Origin: a bacterium
GTDB taxonomy: Bacteria; Patescibacteriota; Patescibacteriia; 2-12-FULL-60-25
Assembly (NCBI GenBank): GCA_024654265.1
Contig: JANLIO010000059.1
Location: forward strand, 1 to 48,218
Reading direction: 5' to 3'
Length of the DNA: 48,218 nucleotides
The translations under genes and the position numbers were made by a program. The notes beneath the pieces are model-generated. The model did no database searches. It saw nothing but the letters and a program-made list of their open reading frames with translations, and was not told where the DNA came from. Every line of letters starts with the position of its first letter. Position 1 is the stretch's first letter. Shown here piece by piece: positions 34,855-45,260 of the stretch.

Positions 34855-35607
34855 ATGCAGATTTATTGGCACGGATTTTCATCCATACGAATTGAAGCAA
34901 AGAGTGCGGATACAAACGCAACGTTGGTTACGGATCCATATCAAAATACGTCAGGTCTTCGTTTTCCACGAACCCTTGAGCCAGACGTTGTCGTGATGTC
35001 GCATCCTGATCAGGAGGAGTTTAATTTGGAGTCCTTCGCAAACGCTCCGTATCTCATCTCTGAACCAGGTGAATATGAGAAGGCGGGGATATTTGTTCGT
35101 GGCGTTCCTTCATCCGCGGTTGTGAAGGCTGTAAAAGAGGGCGACGAGGAAGATCCAGAGGCGGATCGTGATGAGGAAGACGCTGAAAAAGAGGTTGAGG
35201 AAGAAAAGGGGGAGGAAAAGGAATCAAAACAAGTTGGAGGTGTTCCGACGATTGTGTACCGCTTTGATGCGGAAGATATCTCACTCGGTTTTCTTGGACA
35301 GATAAATCGACAGCTCACAAGCAGAGAAATTGAAACACTTGGTGAGATTGATATCCTGTTTATTCCGGTCGGCGGTGGAGATGTTCTGGATGCAAAATCG
35401 GCGCATAAAATTATTGATATGATTGAACCGCGTATCGTTATTCCAATGTATTACGATGTGGATGGAGTGAAAGAAAAACTGGATTCAGTGGATTCGTTCT
35501 GTAAGGCGCTCGGATCTTGTGCTCGTGAGAACGTGAATAAGCTAAAGATTACGTCAAAAGATTTACCTCAGGACTCAATGAAGGTTATTGTCATTGAAAG
35601 AGCGTAG
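34855..35607 (+). CDS. MBL-fold metallo-hydrolase-like protein with an acidic insert
   Basis: N-terminal IYWHGFSSIRIE...LVTDPY pattern typical of UPF0173/MBL-fold proteins. Glu/Asp-rich insert at aa 95-125. Confidence 0.55.
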   Translation: MQIYWHGFSSIRIEAKSADTNATLVTDPYQNTSGLRFPRTLEPDVVVMSHPDQEEFNLESFANAPYLISEPGEYEKAGIFVRGVPSSAVVKAVKEGDEEDPEADRDEEDAEKEVEEEKGEEKESKQVGGVPTIVYRFDAEDISLGFLGQINRQLTSREIETLGEIDILFIPVGGGDVLDAKSAHKIIDMIEPRIVIPMYYDVDGVKEKLDSVDSFCKALGSCARENVNKLKITSKDLPQDSMKVIVIERA

Positions 35608-35634
35608 TTGGTGAAAAGAACATACGTTTATAAT

Positions 35635-36183
35635 ATGCCTCGAATCCGTTCACGAAATCGTAGACAATCTTCTGAAAATGAAGCGCGTCAGGAATCGCAC
35701 TCTGCATCATTGCGAGCGCTTTCGCGTGATGAGAAGCGCGGGCTTATCCTTGCACATGCCGAAGCGCGAAAGCCAATTCATCCTCGTGATCGGATTACGC
35801 TTTGGGGTGGCGTTATCGTGTGTGCGTTATTTATTGCAGGTGCATGGTTTGCGACAGCGCCAAGTGGCATTGGTCGGATATGGGCAAAGTCACCGGAAGT
35901 TGATGTTTCAAAAATAAAGGAAGCGACGGCTGAATTACAAACAACATTGTCTGATACCGCAGAAGACGTGCAGACGGATCTTGAGTCTGCGTTTACCGAA
36001 GCGCAAAATGTGATTGAACTTGAAGTCGCACGGCAGAGCGCATTGGAGGCATTGCAGAAAAAGCTCGGGGATGAAAAAATCACGCCGGACGAATCAACGA
36101 GTACGGGTTCCGAAGTTATGGCAACATCAACTCAAGAAAGTCTGACAACATCAACCGAACGGATTGAAGGGGGGCAGAATTGA
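35635..36183 (+). CDS. Hypothetical single-pass membrane protein
   Basis: Basic N-terminus, one TM helix ([17 protein letters not shown]), and a coiled/Ser-Thr-rich C-terminus. Start at ATG 35635 or TTG 35608. Confidence 0.5.
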   Translation: MPRIRSRNRRQSSENEARQESHSASLRALSRDEKRGLILAHAEARKPIHPRDRITLWGGVIVCALFIAGAWFATAPSGIGRIWAKSPEVDVSKIKEATAELQTTLSDTAEDVQTDLESAFTEAQNVIELEVARQSALEALQKKLGDEKITPDESTSTGSEVMATSTQESLTTSTERIEGGQN

Positions 36184-36197
36184 AAAGCAAAGAATGT

Positions 36198-38732
36198 ATG
36201 AGCAAAAAAGAACCACCAGCAAAATTAACGGCAGAGGAAGAGCACAAGCGACTTGAAGGAAAGATCGAAAATCGATCAATCACCGACGAAATGCGTACCG
36301 CGTACTTGGACTACGCGATGTCTGTTATTGTTTCGCGTGCACTTCCTGATGTGCGCGATGGGTTGAAGCCGGTACACCGTCGTATTTTGTATTCTATGTG
36401 GTCGTCCGGTTTACGATCAACGGCAAAGTTTAAAAAGTGTGCCACGGTTGTTGGAGACGTGCTTGGAAAATACCACCCACACGGAGACAGCGCAGTATAT
36501 GATTCACTCGTGCGAATGGCACAGGATTTTTCATTACGATATCCGCTTATTCGAGGACAAGGAAACTTTGGATCACTAGACGGTGACAGCGCTGCGGCAT
36601 ATCGATATACCGAATCAAAACTCGAATCCATTTCCGAGGAGATGTTGCTTGATATTGAAAAAGATACGGTGCGATTTGCGCCAAACTACGATGGGTCACA
36701 TGATGAGCCAACAGTATTGCCGGCGCGACTTCCAAACCTTCTTTTAAACGGAACACTTGGAATCGCGGTTGGAATGGCGACCAATATCCCCCCACATAAC
36801 CTGACTGAAATTTGTGATGGTATCTCTGCACTTATCGAGAATCCTGAGATTTCAATTGAAGAGCTTTGTGGTTATATTACAGGACCAGATTTCCCAACTG
36901 GAGGTATTATTTACAATGTGGCAGACATCCGCACGGCGTATGAAACCGGTCGTGGTGGAATTGTAATGCGCGCAAAGGCGGATATTGAAGAGACGAAGAG
37001 TGGGATGTTCCAGATCATTGTTTCTGAAATTCCATATCAGGTGAATAAAGCCACCATGCTGGGACAGATCGCGACGTTGGTGACGGAAAAGAAGTTGGAT
37101 GGGATCCGTGATTTGCGCGATGAATCAAACAAGGAAGGAATCCGCGTTGTGATCGAATTAAAGAAAGATGCGTTTCCAAAAAAGGTGCTGAATCAATTGT
37201 TTAAAATGACGCAATTGCAAGAGACGTTCCATGTGAACATGCTTGCGATTGTGGATGGCATTCAGCCTCGCGTCATGAACTTGAAGACGATTCTCGAGGA
37301 ATACGTGAAACATCGTCAGGTCATTGTTCGTCGTCGAACGGAATACGATCTCGCAAAGGCAAAAGAACGTGCACATATTTTGGAGGGTTTACGAATTGCG
37401 CTTGCGGATATTGATGAGATCATCAAGACCATTAAAAAGTCGAAAGATAAGGATGAGGCGAAGGTAAATCTTATCAAGAAGTTTAAGCTTTCCGAGCTTC
37501 AGGCGTTCGCGATTCTTGAAATGCGCTTGCAACAACTCGCGAACCTTGAGCGATTGAAGATTGAACAGGAATACAAAGAGAAGATGGATCTGATTAAAGA
37601 ATTGGAATCCATTTTGAAATCCGCAAAGAAAATGTTGGAAATTATCAAGGATGAAGTTCTCGCATTGAAAGAAAAATACGGAGATGATCGACGCACAAAG
37701 GTTGTGAAGACACCGCTTGGTGAGTTTGCGGTTGAGGATTTTATCCCGCAAGAACCAACGATCGTTATGATCACGGAAGATGGGTATGTGAAACGATTGT
37801 CACCGGATACATTCCGCCAGCAAAAGCGTGGTGGGAAAGGTGTGGTCGGATTGGGACGCAAGGAAGAGGACGAGGTGCGCAATCTCTTTTCAACGGATAC
37901 GCACGCGGACCTTCTTTTCTTCACATCACGCGGTCGCGTGTTCCGCCTTAAGGCGTACGAAGTTCCGGAAGCCAGCCGAACTGCAAAAGGCCAAGCCATC
38001 CAAAATTTCTTACAGCTCTCTCCTGGAGAAACGGTTTCATCCGTTCTTCCGTTGCCGAAAATTGCTCGAGGTAAATTGCGTGAAGGTGTTGCAAATCTCG
38101 TCATGACAACTGTGCAAGGAACAATCAAAAAAGTACCGATTGGAGATTTCGACAACATTCGTCGAAGCGGATTGATTGCGATTAAGATCAAGGAAGGTGA
38201 CGAGTTGCGTTGGGTTATCCCATCGTCAGGAAGCGACGAAGTCTCCCTTGTCACTGCAAGTGGACAATCCATTCGTTTTTCAGAAAAGAGTGTTCGCGCC
38301 ATGGGTCGTGTTGCTGCGGGTGTGCGTGGAATCAAGTTTAAGAAAAATGATGCCGTTGTTGGAATGGATGTCATTGATGCCGAAAAAGCAAAAAATGGGG
38401 AACTTGAACTTTTCACCATTGCTGAAAATGGACTTGGAAAGCGAACGAACCTCAAGCAATTTAAGATTCAGGGACGTGGCGGATCCGGTGTTCGCGCGAT
38501 GCATGTATCTGACAAGACAGGTCCTGTCGTTGGCGCATTTATCTCCACAAAAAATGACGATCGCGATTTGATCCTCATCTCGCAAAATGGAATCGTCCTA
38601 CGCGTGCCATTCAAAGGAGTCCCATCTCTTGGCCGAGACACGCAGGGCGTACGAGTCATGCGGTTTAAGCAGGCGGGAGATACAGTTTCATCTGTCGCGT
38701 TTGTGACGACGGAGAGTGAGGATAAGGTTTAA
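36198..38732 (+). CDS. gyrA: DNA gyrase subunit A
   Basis: Active-site region [10 protein letters not shown]. GyrA-box QKRGGKG. C-terminal beta-pinwheel repeats. Confidence 0.97.
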   Translation: MSKKEPPAKLTAEEEHKRLEGKIENRSITDEMRTAYLDYAMSVIVSRALPDVRDGLKPVHRRILYSMWSSGLRSTAKFKKCATVVGDVLGKYHPHGDSAVYDSLVRMAQDFSLRYPLIRGQGNFGSLDGDSAAAYRYTESKLESISEEMLLDIEKDTVRFAPNYDGSHDEPTVLPARLPNLLLNGTLGIAVGMATNIPPHNLTEICDGISALIENPEISIEELCGYITGPDFPTGGIIYNVADIRTAYETGRGGIVMRAKADIEETKSGMFQIIVSEIPYQVNKATMLGQIATLVTEKKLDGIRDLRDESNKEGIRVVIELKKDAFPKKVLNQLFKMTQLQETFHVNMLAIVDGIQPRVMNLKTILEEYVKHRQVIVRRRTEYDLAKAKERAHILEGLRIALADIDEIIKTIKKSKDKDEAKVNLIKKFKLSELQAFAILEMRLQQLANLERLKIEQEYKEKMDLIKELESILKSAKKMLEIIKDEVLALKEKYGDDRRTKVVKTPLGEFAVEDFIPQEPTIVMITEDGYVKRLSPDTFRQQKRGGKGVVGLGRKEEDEVRNLFSTDTHADLLFFTSRGRVFRLKAYEVPEASRTAKGQAIQNFLQLSPGETVSSVLPLPKIARGKLREGVANLVMTTVQGTIKKVPIGDFDNIRRSGLIAIKIKEGDELRWVIPSSGSDEVSLVTASGQSIRFSEKSVRAMGRVAAGVRGIKFKKNDAVVGMDVIDAEKAKNGELELFTIAENGLGKRTNLKQFKIQGRGGSGVRAMHVSDKTGPVVGAFISTKNDDRDLILISQNGIVLRVPFKGVPSLGRDTQGVRVMRFKQAGDTVSSVAFVTTESEDKV

Positions 38733-38766
38733 CCATTCATTTTCTCGGAAATTTAGGGAAAAAATT

Positions 38767-38794
38767 AAAGGAACCTCAAAAGAGGTTCCTTTTC
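38767..38794 (+). terminator. Intrinsic terminator after gyrA
   Basis: AGGAACCTC-aaaa-GAGGTTCCT followed by TTT. Confidence 0.8.
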
Positions 38795-38824
38795 AAAAAC
38801 TAAAATGAAGAATAGAATCAATCT

Positions 38825-39541
38825 ATGCCTTATCTAAAATATATTTCAGATCAAAAACTTATTGATGCAGTTGGCGTTGTTATAACTAAGCTTAAGGATG
38901 CTGAAGCTGAAGCTGAAATAAAGTTGCATAAGAATATTATTGATCCATTTTCAGCGACCTTTGACGGTGCCTATCATGGCAAGAAATATAAAGAATGGGT
39001 TGAATACGAGAAAATGCGACAAGCACAGAAATCAGTTCAAAATGAAATAGGCAAGTTCCATCAAACTATTTTAGGTTCTGTTGAAGGGTGGGAGGATTTA
39101 AAGACGGGGAATCTTTTGGATATAGTCAATCGAGATAGAAAAATTATTGCAGAAATAAAAAACAAACATAACACGACGAAAGGAAATCATAAAACCGCAG
39201 TTTATGATGATATAAAAGGAATGTTACAAGGCGATGAATATAAGGGTTATAAAGGTTATTACGTTGAAATAATTTCAAAAAGCTCTAAACCTTTTGATAA
39301 ACCTTTTCAACCGTCCGACAATAGGTCTAAAAAGAAAGATAAGAAGCGTCCTCAAAATGAGAACATTAGAATGATTGATGGAAGATCATTTTATAATATG
39401 GTTACGGGTAGATCAGGTGCTTTGCAGGAACTTTTTGAAGTATTACCTGAAATAATAGAAAAAGAATTCGCATATAGATTGCCTAAGGGGGAGTATCCTA
39501 AGTATCATTATTTATTCTTGAGGGCATTTGGGGATAAGTGA
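38825..39541 (+). CDS. Type II restriction endonuclease (PD-(D/E)XK; possibly Eco47II/Sau96I-like)
   Basis: 238 aa, AT-rich, directly upstream of a C5 methyltransferase. LLDIV...IAEIKNKHNT fits a D...(D/E)XK core. The family name is a recollection, not a search result. Confidence 0.55.
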   Translation: MPYLKYISDQKLIDAVGVVITKLKDAEAEAEIKLHKNIIDPFSATFDGAYHGKKYKEWVEYEKMRQAQKSVQNEIGKFHQTILGSVEGWEDLKTGNLLDIVNRDRKIIAEIKNKHNTTKGNHKTAVYDDIKGMLQGDEYKGYKGYYVEIISKSSKPFDKPFQPSDNRSKKKDKKRPQNENIRMIDGRSFYNMVTGRSGALQELFEVLPEIIEKEFAYRLPKGEYPKYHYLFLRAFGDK

Positions 39542-39585
39542 CCTTCGCATAGGCAGGGGTTACGTATATACTATAGGGACTCTGA

Positions 39586-40791
39586 ATGTTCCATTATTAT
39601 ATGCAAACGAAAACGACATATCTCACAGCCGGAGAAGCTTCTGTTAAATTGGATATTTCCGTTGATACTATTCGAAGGTGGGATAAGAAAGGTTTGGTAA
39701 AATCCTCTCGTGACGAACGAAATTCAAGACTATTTAGTCTTCAGGAGATTGAGAGAATTTTAAAAAAAACGAGTAGTAACTCAGGAGAGGGATTTAAGGT
39801 TTTAGTAAATAAGAAGAAGTCGAAATATACTTCTATTGAATTATTCGCTGGCGCCGGAGGAACGGCTTTGGGTCTTGAGAACGCTGGTATACAGCATGTT
39901 TTATTAAATGAGTACGACAAAAAGGCTTGTGAAACGTTGAGGCGTAATAGACCTGAATGGAATGTTGTTGAGTGTGATGTAAAAGAGCTTTCGTTTAAAG
40001 AAGGACAGGCAGATATGGTTCAGGGGGGTTTCCCATGTCAGGCATTTTCCTACGCGGGGAATAAACGAGGTTTTGAAGATATTCGTGGAACGATGTTTTT
40101 TGAGTTTGCTCGTTGTGTAAAAGAGGTTCAGCCAAAGATAGCTATCGGAGAAAATGTTAAGGGTTTATTGAGACATGATAATGGACGTACATTAAAAACT
40201 TTAATTTCGGTTTTTAAAGAGCTTGGTTATAACGTTGAGTATAGAGTGTTGCGCAGCCAATATCTTGATGTTCCTCAAAAGAGAGAGCGTTTAATTATTA
40301 TTGGAGTTAGAAATGATTTAAATTATCCGATCATCTTCCCAAAGGAAAAAGATTACATCGTTTCACTTAGACAGGCATTGCACGAATGTCCTGTTTCAGC
40401 GGGTCAAGAATACCCAGAAAAAAAGAGAAAAATAATGGAATTAATTCCAGAGGGTTGCTATTGGAGATCTTTGCCAGAGAATTTGCAAAAACAATACATG
40501 GGTGGAAGTTATTATATGGGTGGCGGAAGGACGGGCATGGCACGTAGACTTTCTTGGGATGAACCATCCTTGACCTTGACGTGTAGCCCTGCACAGAAAC
40601 AGACTGAGCGATGTCATCCGTCTGAAACACGTCCCCTAACTGTTCGGGAATATGCGCGACTTCAGACATTCCCGGATGATTGGGAGTTCGCTGGTTCTGT
40701 TGGGCAACAATATAAGCAGATTGGCAACGGTGTGCCCGTTAACTTGGGTTATCATATTGGAGAAGCAGTGATCAAAATTTTGAACAGTTAA
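39586..40791 (+). CDS. DNA (cytosine-5)-methyltransferase with an N-terminal MerR-type HTH
   Basis: Motif I ELFAGAGG. Motif IV GGFPCQAFS. Motif VI ENV. Motif VIII QKRERL. Motif X GNGVPV. N-terminal LTAGEASVKLDISVDTIRRWDKKGL is MerR-like. Alternative start at 39601. Confidence 0.92.
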   Translation: MFHYYMQTKTTYLTAGEASVKLDISVDTIRRWDKKGLVKSSRDERNSRLFSLQEIERILKKTSSNSGEGFKVLVNKKKSKYTSIELFAGAGGTALGLENAGIQHVLLNEYDKKACETLRRNRPEWNVVECDVKELSFKEGQADMVQGGFPCQAFSYAGNKRGFEDIRGTMFFEFARCVKEVQPKIAIGENVKGLLRHDNGRTLKTLISVFKELGYNVEYRVLRSQYLDVPQKRERLIIIGVRNDLNYPIIFPKEKDYIVSLRQALHECPVSAGQEYPEKKRKIMELIPEGCYWRSLPENLQKQYMGGSYYMGGGRTGMARRLSWDEPSLTLTCSPAQKQTERCHPSETRPLTVREYARLQTFPDDWEFAGSVGQQYKQIGNGVPVNLGYHIGEAVIKILNS

Positions 40792-40825
40792 AAAATGATC
40801 TGTTCTTTCGTAGTATTTTATTAAA

Positions 40826-40855
40826 CAAAAAACCCGCATAAAGCGGATTTTTTAT
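40826..40855. terminator. Bidirectional intrinsic terminator
   Basis: AAAAAACCCGC-ataaa-GCGGATTTTTT. Confidence 0.75.
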
Positions 40856-40857
40856 GG

Positions 40858-41511
40858 TTACGAGTTTGTGATCACCGTATCAATCAACCCGTATGTTTTT
40901 GCCTGTTTCGCTGTCATGAAATTGTCGCGGTCTGTGTCATTTTCAATTTTCTTTAAATCCTGTCCCGTGTGCTTTGCGAGGATTTTATTCAATTGCTCTC
41001 GCATCAGGAGAATTCGTTCTGCGTGGATCTTGATGTCCGTTGCTTGGCCTTCCATCCCACCGAGTGGTTGGTGGATCATGATCTCGGAGTTCGGAAGAGA
41101 GAAACGTTTTCCGTTTGCACCTCCGGCAAGAATGATCGCTCCCATGGATGCGGCAAGCCCCATGCAGATCGTGGAAACGTCGCAACTCACGTGTTGCATG
41201 GTGTCGTAGATTGCGAGCCCAGCAGTGACGGATCCGCCTGGGGAGTTTACGTAGAGTTTAATGTCCTTTGTTTTATCCTGACTTTCTAAAAAAAGCATTT
41301 GTGCCACAACCGTATTCGCAACTTCATCGTTAATCTGCGTACCAAGGATAATAATGCGATCCTTAAGAAGGCGAGAGTAGATGTCGTATGCTCGCTCTCC
41401 GTAATTTGTCTTTTCAATGACGGTAGGAACAAGCCAGCTATTTGTTACTTTTGAGTTTACTTCGTAGGGATTTTGCATATTTGGATTACTCGGATGGTAT
41501 CGCATGTCCAT
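40858..41511 (-). CDS. clpP: ATP-dependent Clp protease proteolytic subunit
   Basis: Catalytic Ser (GLAASMGA), His (IHQPLGG) and Asp region. The N-terminal extension makes the exact start uncertain. Confidence 0.95.
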   Translation of the reverse strand: MDMRYHPSNPNMQNPYEVNSKVTNSWLVPTVIEKTNYGERAYDIYSRLLKDRIIILGTQINDEVANTVVAQMLFLESQDKTKDIKLYVNSPGGSVTAGLAIYDTMQHVSCDVSTICMGLAASMGAIILAGGANGKRFSLPNSEIMIHQPLGGMEGQATDIKIHAERILLMREQLNKILAKHTGQDLKKIENDTDRDNFMTAKQAKTYGLIDTVITNS

Positions 41512-41538
41512 TTGGCAGTCAAATGTGGAGAGTGCTAG

Positions 41539-42549
41539 TTAGGAGAGAAGGTCGTTGAGTTGTTTTGCATCTACGCCAACGATTCTTGGGCCAGAAGGTG
41601 TTTCTTCGATTTTTCCGTTGATTGTGAAGCCTGCGGCATTTGCATGACCTCCACCGCCCAGATTCTGCGCTAATTTTGCGATATTTCGATGGACAGAGCG
41701 GATGGATCCTTTTACGGTTCCATTGGATTGCTCGTTCAAAAAAAGGATTGTTTCGTGTTTGCCGAGGTATGTATTCAAGAAATTGGAAATACCGGATTCG
41801 GCATTTTCAGGCATTCCTTCCAAATCTTTTGTTAAGACATAGGTGATTGCAATATCATGTTTGGTGTTGACGCGAAGTCGATCAAGAATGCGCCCCCAAA
41901 GCTGAAGCGACTGAACCGTGTGAACATGGTTAATGTTGCGTTGAATGTCATGAATGCGCGCGCCGTATGACAGCATGTGACTTGCATACTCAAGCGCGTG
42001 TGCGTTTGTCGCGCCATTGGAAAAGTTTCCCGTGTCTGTCATGAGACCGGTGAGAACCGAGGTCGCCATTTTGTCGTCAACGTGGATGGAGTTTGCATCG
42101 TAGAATCGTGCGACGACTTCGGCTGTGGAGCTGGCTGATGTCATGACAATATTTAAATCGCCAAAGAGTTCGTTTGTCGCGTGATGATCAATGTTTGCGA
42201 TCGTCGGTTTTGTTTTCATGTGGTCGATGTACTCATCAATTCCACAATAGGGAAGACTTCCGGAATCAAGAACAATAATGAGATCAAATTCGCGTGTAAA
42301 AAGAGCTGGATCATTGGAGATAAGATGTGAGCGATCCAAGTATTGAAACATGAGTGGCACAGGGCTTTTGCAAAAAACGACGGCATCCTTTTGCTCTCGA
42401 ATCAGCCAATTGAGAAGAGAAGAACTTGAACCTAATGTATCGCCGTCCGGTTTTTGATGCGCGCAAATCAAAATATGTTCTGCCTTTTGAATGAGGAGAT
42501 AGAGCTTTTTAAACGCATTTTGATAGGGATCGTGCATACGCAGGATCAA
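41539..42549 (-). CDS. DHH-family phosphoesterase (NrnA-like oligoribonuclease / pAp phosphatase)
   Basis: DHH motifs DGDTLGS and IDHH. DHHA1 motif GGGGHANAAG. Confidence 0.85.
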   Translation of the reverse strand: MILRMHDPYQNAFKKLYLLIQKAEHILICAHQKPDGDTLGSSSSLLNWLIREQKDAVVFCKSPVPLMFQYLDRSHLISNDPALFTREFDLIIVLDSGSLPYCGIDEYIDHMKTKPTIANIDHHATNELFGDLNIVMTSASSTAEVVARFYDANSIHVDDKMATSVLTGLMTDTGNFSNGATNAHALEYASHMLSYGARIHDIQRNINHVHTVQSLQLWGRILDRLRVNTKHDIAITYVLTKDLEGMPENAESGISNFLNTYLGKHETILFLNEQSNGTVKGSIRSVHRNIAKLAQNLGGGGHANAAGFTINGKIEETPSGPRIVGVDAKQLNDLLS

Positions 42550-42648
42550 GGACTCTACGCGAAAAAAAGCATTGCGTCAACTGTATTGTGTCGGGAGGGT
42601 TTTTAGATCCACCTGTTCAGAATGCGAGGAATTGGCTACCCTATCCAG

Positions 42649-44853
42649 ATGAATTTACGGCGTTTAGAGATTCAAGGCTTTAAAACATTTGCCCAAAAAA
42701 CGGTTATTGAGTTTGTGGCAGATCAAAATGGAAAACCGGGGCTTACCGCTATTGTTGGGCCAAATGGCTCCGGCAAATCAAATATCGCGGATGCGATCCG
42801 GTGGGTAATCGGGGAACAGAGTATGCGGTTGCTTCGCGCAAAGAAATCGGAAGATCTTATTTTTAGTGGAACAACAAAAAAAGCGCGTGCCGGTTTTGCT
42901 GAGGTGACGATGACAATTGAGAATGCGAATGCAACGGGTGATGAACTTCGTGAGATTGTTATTACGCGCCGAGCGTATCGAGATGGAAAATCTGAATACG
43001 AGGTGAACAAAAAACCTGTTCGACTTTCTGATATCGTTTTATTACTCGCACAGTCAGGATTAGGTCAGCGTACATATAGTGTTATTGGGCAAGGAATGGC
43101 AGATCGAATCCTCTCCGCATCACCGGCAGAACGGAAAGAGTTTTTTGATGAAGCCGCGGGTTTACGCCCTTTTCAGATGAAACGCGCGTCTGCCGAACAG
43201 AAGTTAGATGCTTCCAAAGAAAAGCTATTGCATGCAGAATTGATCCTTCGCGAATTAGCTCCACATCTCACTTCATTGGAACGTCAGGCAAAACGACTTC
43301 AAGAACGCGATGCATTGAATCAGGAATTGGATCAACTTGAAACGCGATACTATGGTTCACAGTGGAAAACAATTCGCGGGGAAGAAGAGACGCTTGGAAA
43401 GCGAAAGGGGGAGGCATCAACAGCCGTGGCAAAGATTCGAGAGGGGTATGCGAAGCGCGAAGCGGAATTAAAAGTTCTTGAAGAACAAACAACAGACGCA
43501 CCAGCAGATACATTTCAAAAACAACAGCAACTTCTTTCTGAATTACGAGAGCAACGGTCGGTCGTGCGTGAAAGCTGTGTTCGCCTTGAAGTACGCGCTC
43601 AGGCAATGAAGGAGCAATCATCCTCGTGGTCGCCATTACCAATATCAAAAATTCTGAATCGTCTTTCTGAGATTCGTGAGACATTGGATCGTGTTATTCA
43701 TGAGCTTAGCTCTGAGAAGATGGATGTGGAGCGCGTGCGTGAGCTTGCGAGGGGGGCATTAAAAGCGCATTCAGATTTAACGACTGCTTTGGAGAAACCG
43801 GTTCCTGAGAAGGTGGAGACGGATCCAGTTACTCAGAAGGAATTAAGCATTTTAAAAGAAAAACTGACGAAGATCGAAGATGAATTACGGAAGGCGGAAA
43901 CAGCCCTTGTCGAAGCACAGCGCGCGCAACAAAAAGAACGAACTCAGGTTTTTGCGCTTCAGCATGAGATCCGAAGTCAACGAGATGATCAGTTTAAGGC
44001 AGAACAAGAATTAAATCGTATTGAGGTTGATATGGCACGCGTTGGTGCGCGAAAAGAGGCATTTTTACAAGATATTCGGACGTACGCACAGAAGAGAGAG
44101 GCCGGTTTAGACGCGCTCGCAAATTCTGTATCAGAAGGATTTGATCGATCAAAATTGGATGAAATGGCACGAGCGCTTTCAAAAGTTCGTTCTCGGTTAG
44201 AGTGGATCGGTGGAATTGATCCCGCTGTGTTGGATGAATACGCAGAAACAAAAACACGCTTTGATCATATGTCAGAGCAAACAACAGATTTGAAAGACGC
44301 GATCCTATCACTTCAAACCGTGATTGTTGAATTGGATGAAACAATCAAAAAACGGGCAGAAGTGTCATTTCGATTGTTGAATAAAGAATTTGGTGTTTAT
44401 TTTAAGAAGCTTTTTGGTGGCGGTGAAGCGGGCCTTGTTGAAATTCAGGCTGAGCCAACGGTTGATGAAGACGGAAACATTTTGAAAGAAGCTGTGACGG
44501 GGCCAGCGGGTTTTGATATCACGGCAAACCCACCAGGGAAACGCATGAAATCAATCGCGCTCTTGTCTGGAGGCGAGCGAGCGCTTACGTCCATCGCTCT
44601 TTTGTGTGCAATTATGGCGACGAATCCGTCTCCATTTGTTGTTTTGGATGAGGTGGACGCAGCTTTAGATGAGTCCAATTCCGAGAAGTATGGAGCGATC
44701 ATTGAAGAGTTTGCAGAACGGACCCAATTCGTCGTCATTACTCACAACCGAGCGACAATGAATCATGCCCATGTTCTTTATGGAGTCACGATGGGGGATG
44801 AAGGTGTGTCAAAGCTCCTTTCAGTAAAATTTGAAGATATCTTAAATAAATAG
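42649..44853 (+). CDS. smc: SMC-family ATPase, short form without a recognisable hinge
   Basis: SMC head motifs: FKTF..GPNGSGKSNIADAIRWVIGEQS, LSGGERALT, VVLDEVDAALD. Only about 350 aa of heptad-rich sequence lies between the head halves. Start at ATG 42649. Confidence 0.85.
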   Translation: MNLRRLEIQGFKTFAQKTVIEFVADQNGKPGLTAIVGPNGSGKSNIADAIRWVIGEQSMRLLRAKKSEDLIFSGTTKKARAGFAEVTMTIENANATGDELREIVITRRAYRDGKSEYEVNKKPVRLSDIVLLLAQSGLGQRTYSVIGQGMADRILSASPAERKEFFDEAAGLRPFQMKRASAEQKLDASKEKLLHAELILRELAPHLTSLERQAKRLQERDALNQELDQLETRYYGSQWKTIRGEEETLGKRKGEASTAVAKIREGYAKREAELKVLEEQTTDAPADTFQKQQQLLSELREQRSVVRESCVRLEVRAQAMKEQSSSWSPLPISKILNRLSEIRETLDRVIHELSSEKMDVERVRELARGALKAHSDLTTALEKPVPEKVETDPVTQKELSILKEKLTKIEDELRKAETALVEAQRAQQKERTQVFALQHEIRSQRDDQFKAEQELNRIEVDMARVGARKEAFLQDIRTYAQKREAGLDALANSVSEGFDRSKLDEMARALSKVRSRLEWIGGIDPAVLDEYAETKTRFDHMSEQTTDLKDAILSLQTVIVELDETIKKRAEVSFRLLNKEFGVYFKKLFGGGEAGLVEIQAEPTVDEDGNILKEAVTGPAGFDITANPPGKRMKSIALLSGGERALTSIALLCAIMATNPSPFVVLDEVDAALDESNSEKYGAIIEEFAERTQFVVITHNRATMNHAHVLYGVTMGDEGVSKLLSVKFEDILNK

Positions 44854-44891
44854 CATTTTTGATCATTTTGACCATAGATTTGTCAAAATGC

Positions 44892-44920
44892 TTGACAGAG
44901 GGTCTTTTGATTTTTATACT
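44892..44920 (+). promoter_or_regulatory. Consensus-like promoter P1, TTGACA-17-TATACT
   Basis: TTGACA 44892-44897 and TATACT 44915-44920 with an exact 17-nt spacer. The -35 lies in the palindrome TGTCAA-aatgc-TTGACA (44881-44897). Confidence 0.65.
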
Positions 44921-44926
44921 GTGCTT

Positions 44927-45242
44927 AGTCCCTTATGAGAACGGGTTGTGTTCAATACCCAGTCTCCTCCGGCGTCTCACTTGACACGCCCAAAAAAACG
45001 TGATAAAAATAAACATCACCTCGACAATTCTTTCCCCTGGCGTATGACGTCAAGGCGGAAAATAAAAAATGATTGGACACGCGACAAACGTCGGGTGGGG
45101 TCACTTTGTATATGAGACCTGAAACAATCCGCATCCACGACAAGCATGGGACTTGTTCGTAGGCTTTCGCAGGTTTTCGGACTCGCGGTTTCCTACAAAG
45201 AAGTTTCTTGGAGGCGGATTGTTTCAGGCCTTATTTTTTTTC
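44927..45242 (+). ncRNA. Candidate structured RNA or long regulatory leader upstream of DUF3006-VanW
   Basis: About 400 nt without a credible ORF. Two promoters. A 15-bp long-range helix (45118-45132 with 45214-45228) encloses a branched 81-nt domain and is followed by a U-tract (45231-45241). Confidence 0.45.
44981..45009 (+). promoter_or_regulatory. Consensus-like promoter P2, TTGACA-17-TAAAAA
   Basis: TTGACA 44981-44986, 17-nt spacer, TAAAAA 45004-45009. Confidence 0.5.
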
Positions 45243-45260
45243 AAATGAAAAGGGTGCGAT

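Noticed and set aside
44927-45242. Compared this region (and 15233-15615) with remembered consensus cores of cobalamin, c-di-AMP (ydaO), c-di-GMP, glycine, TPP, SAM and T-box leaders, and 6S RNA.
   Set aside because: Only trivial matches appeared (GAGACCTG against the B12 box; CCGAAGGA against the glycine core). The 5' and 3' ends do not pair as in 6S RNA. No class can be claimed without a covariance-model search.
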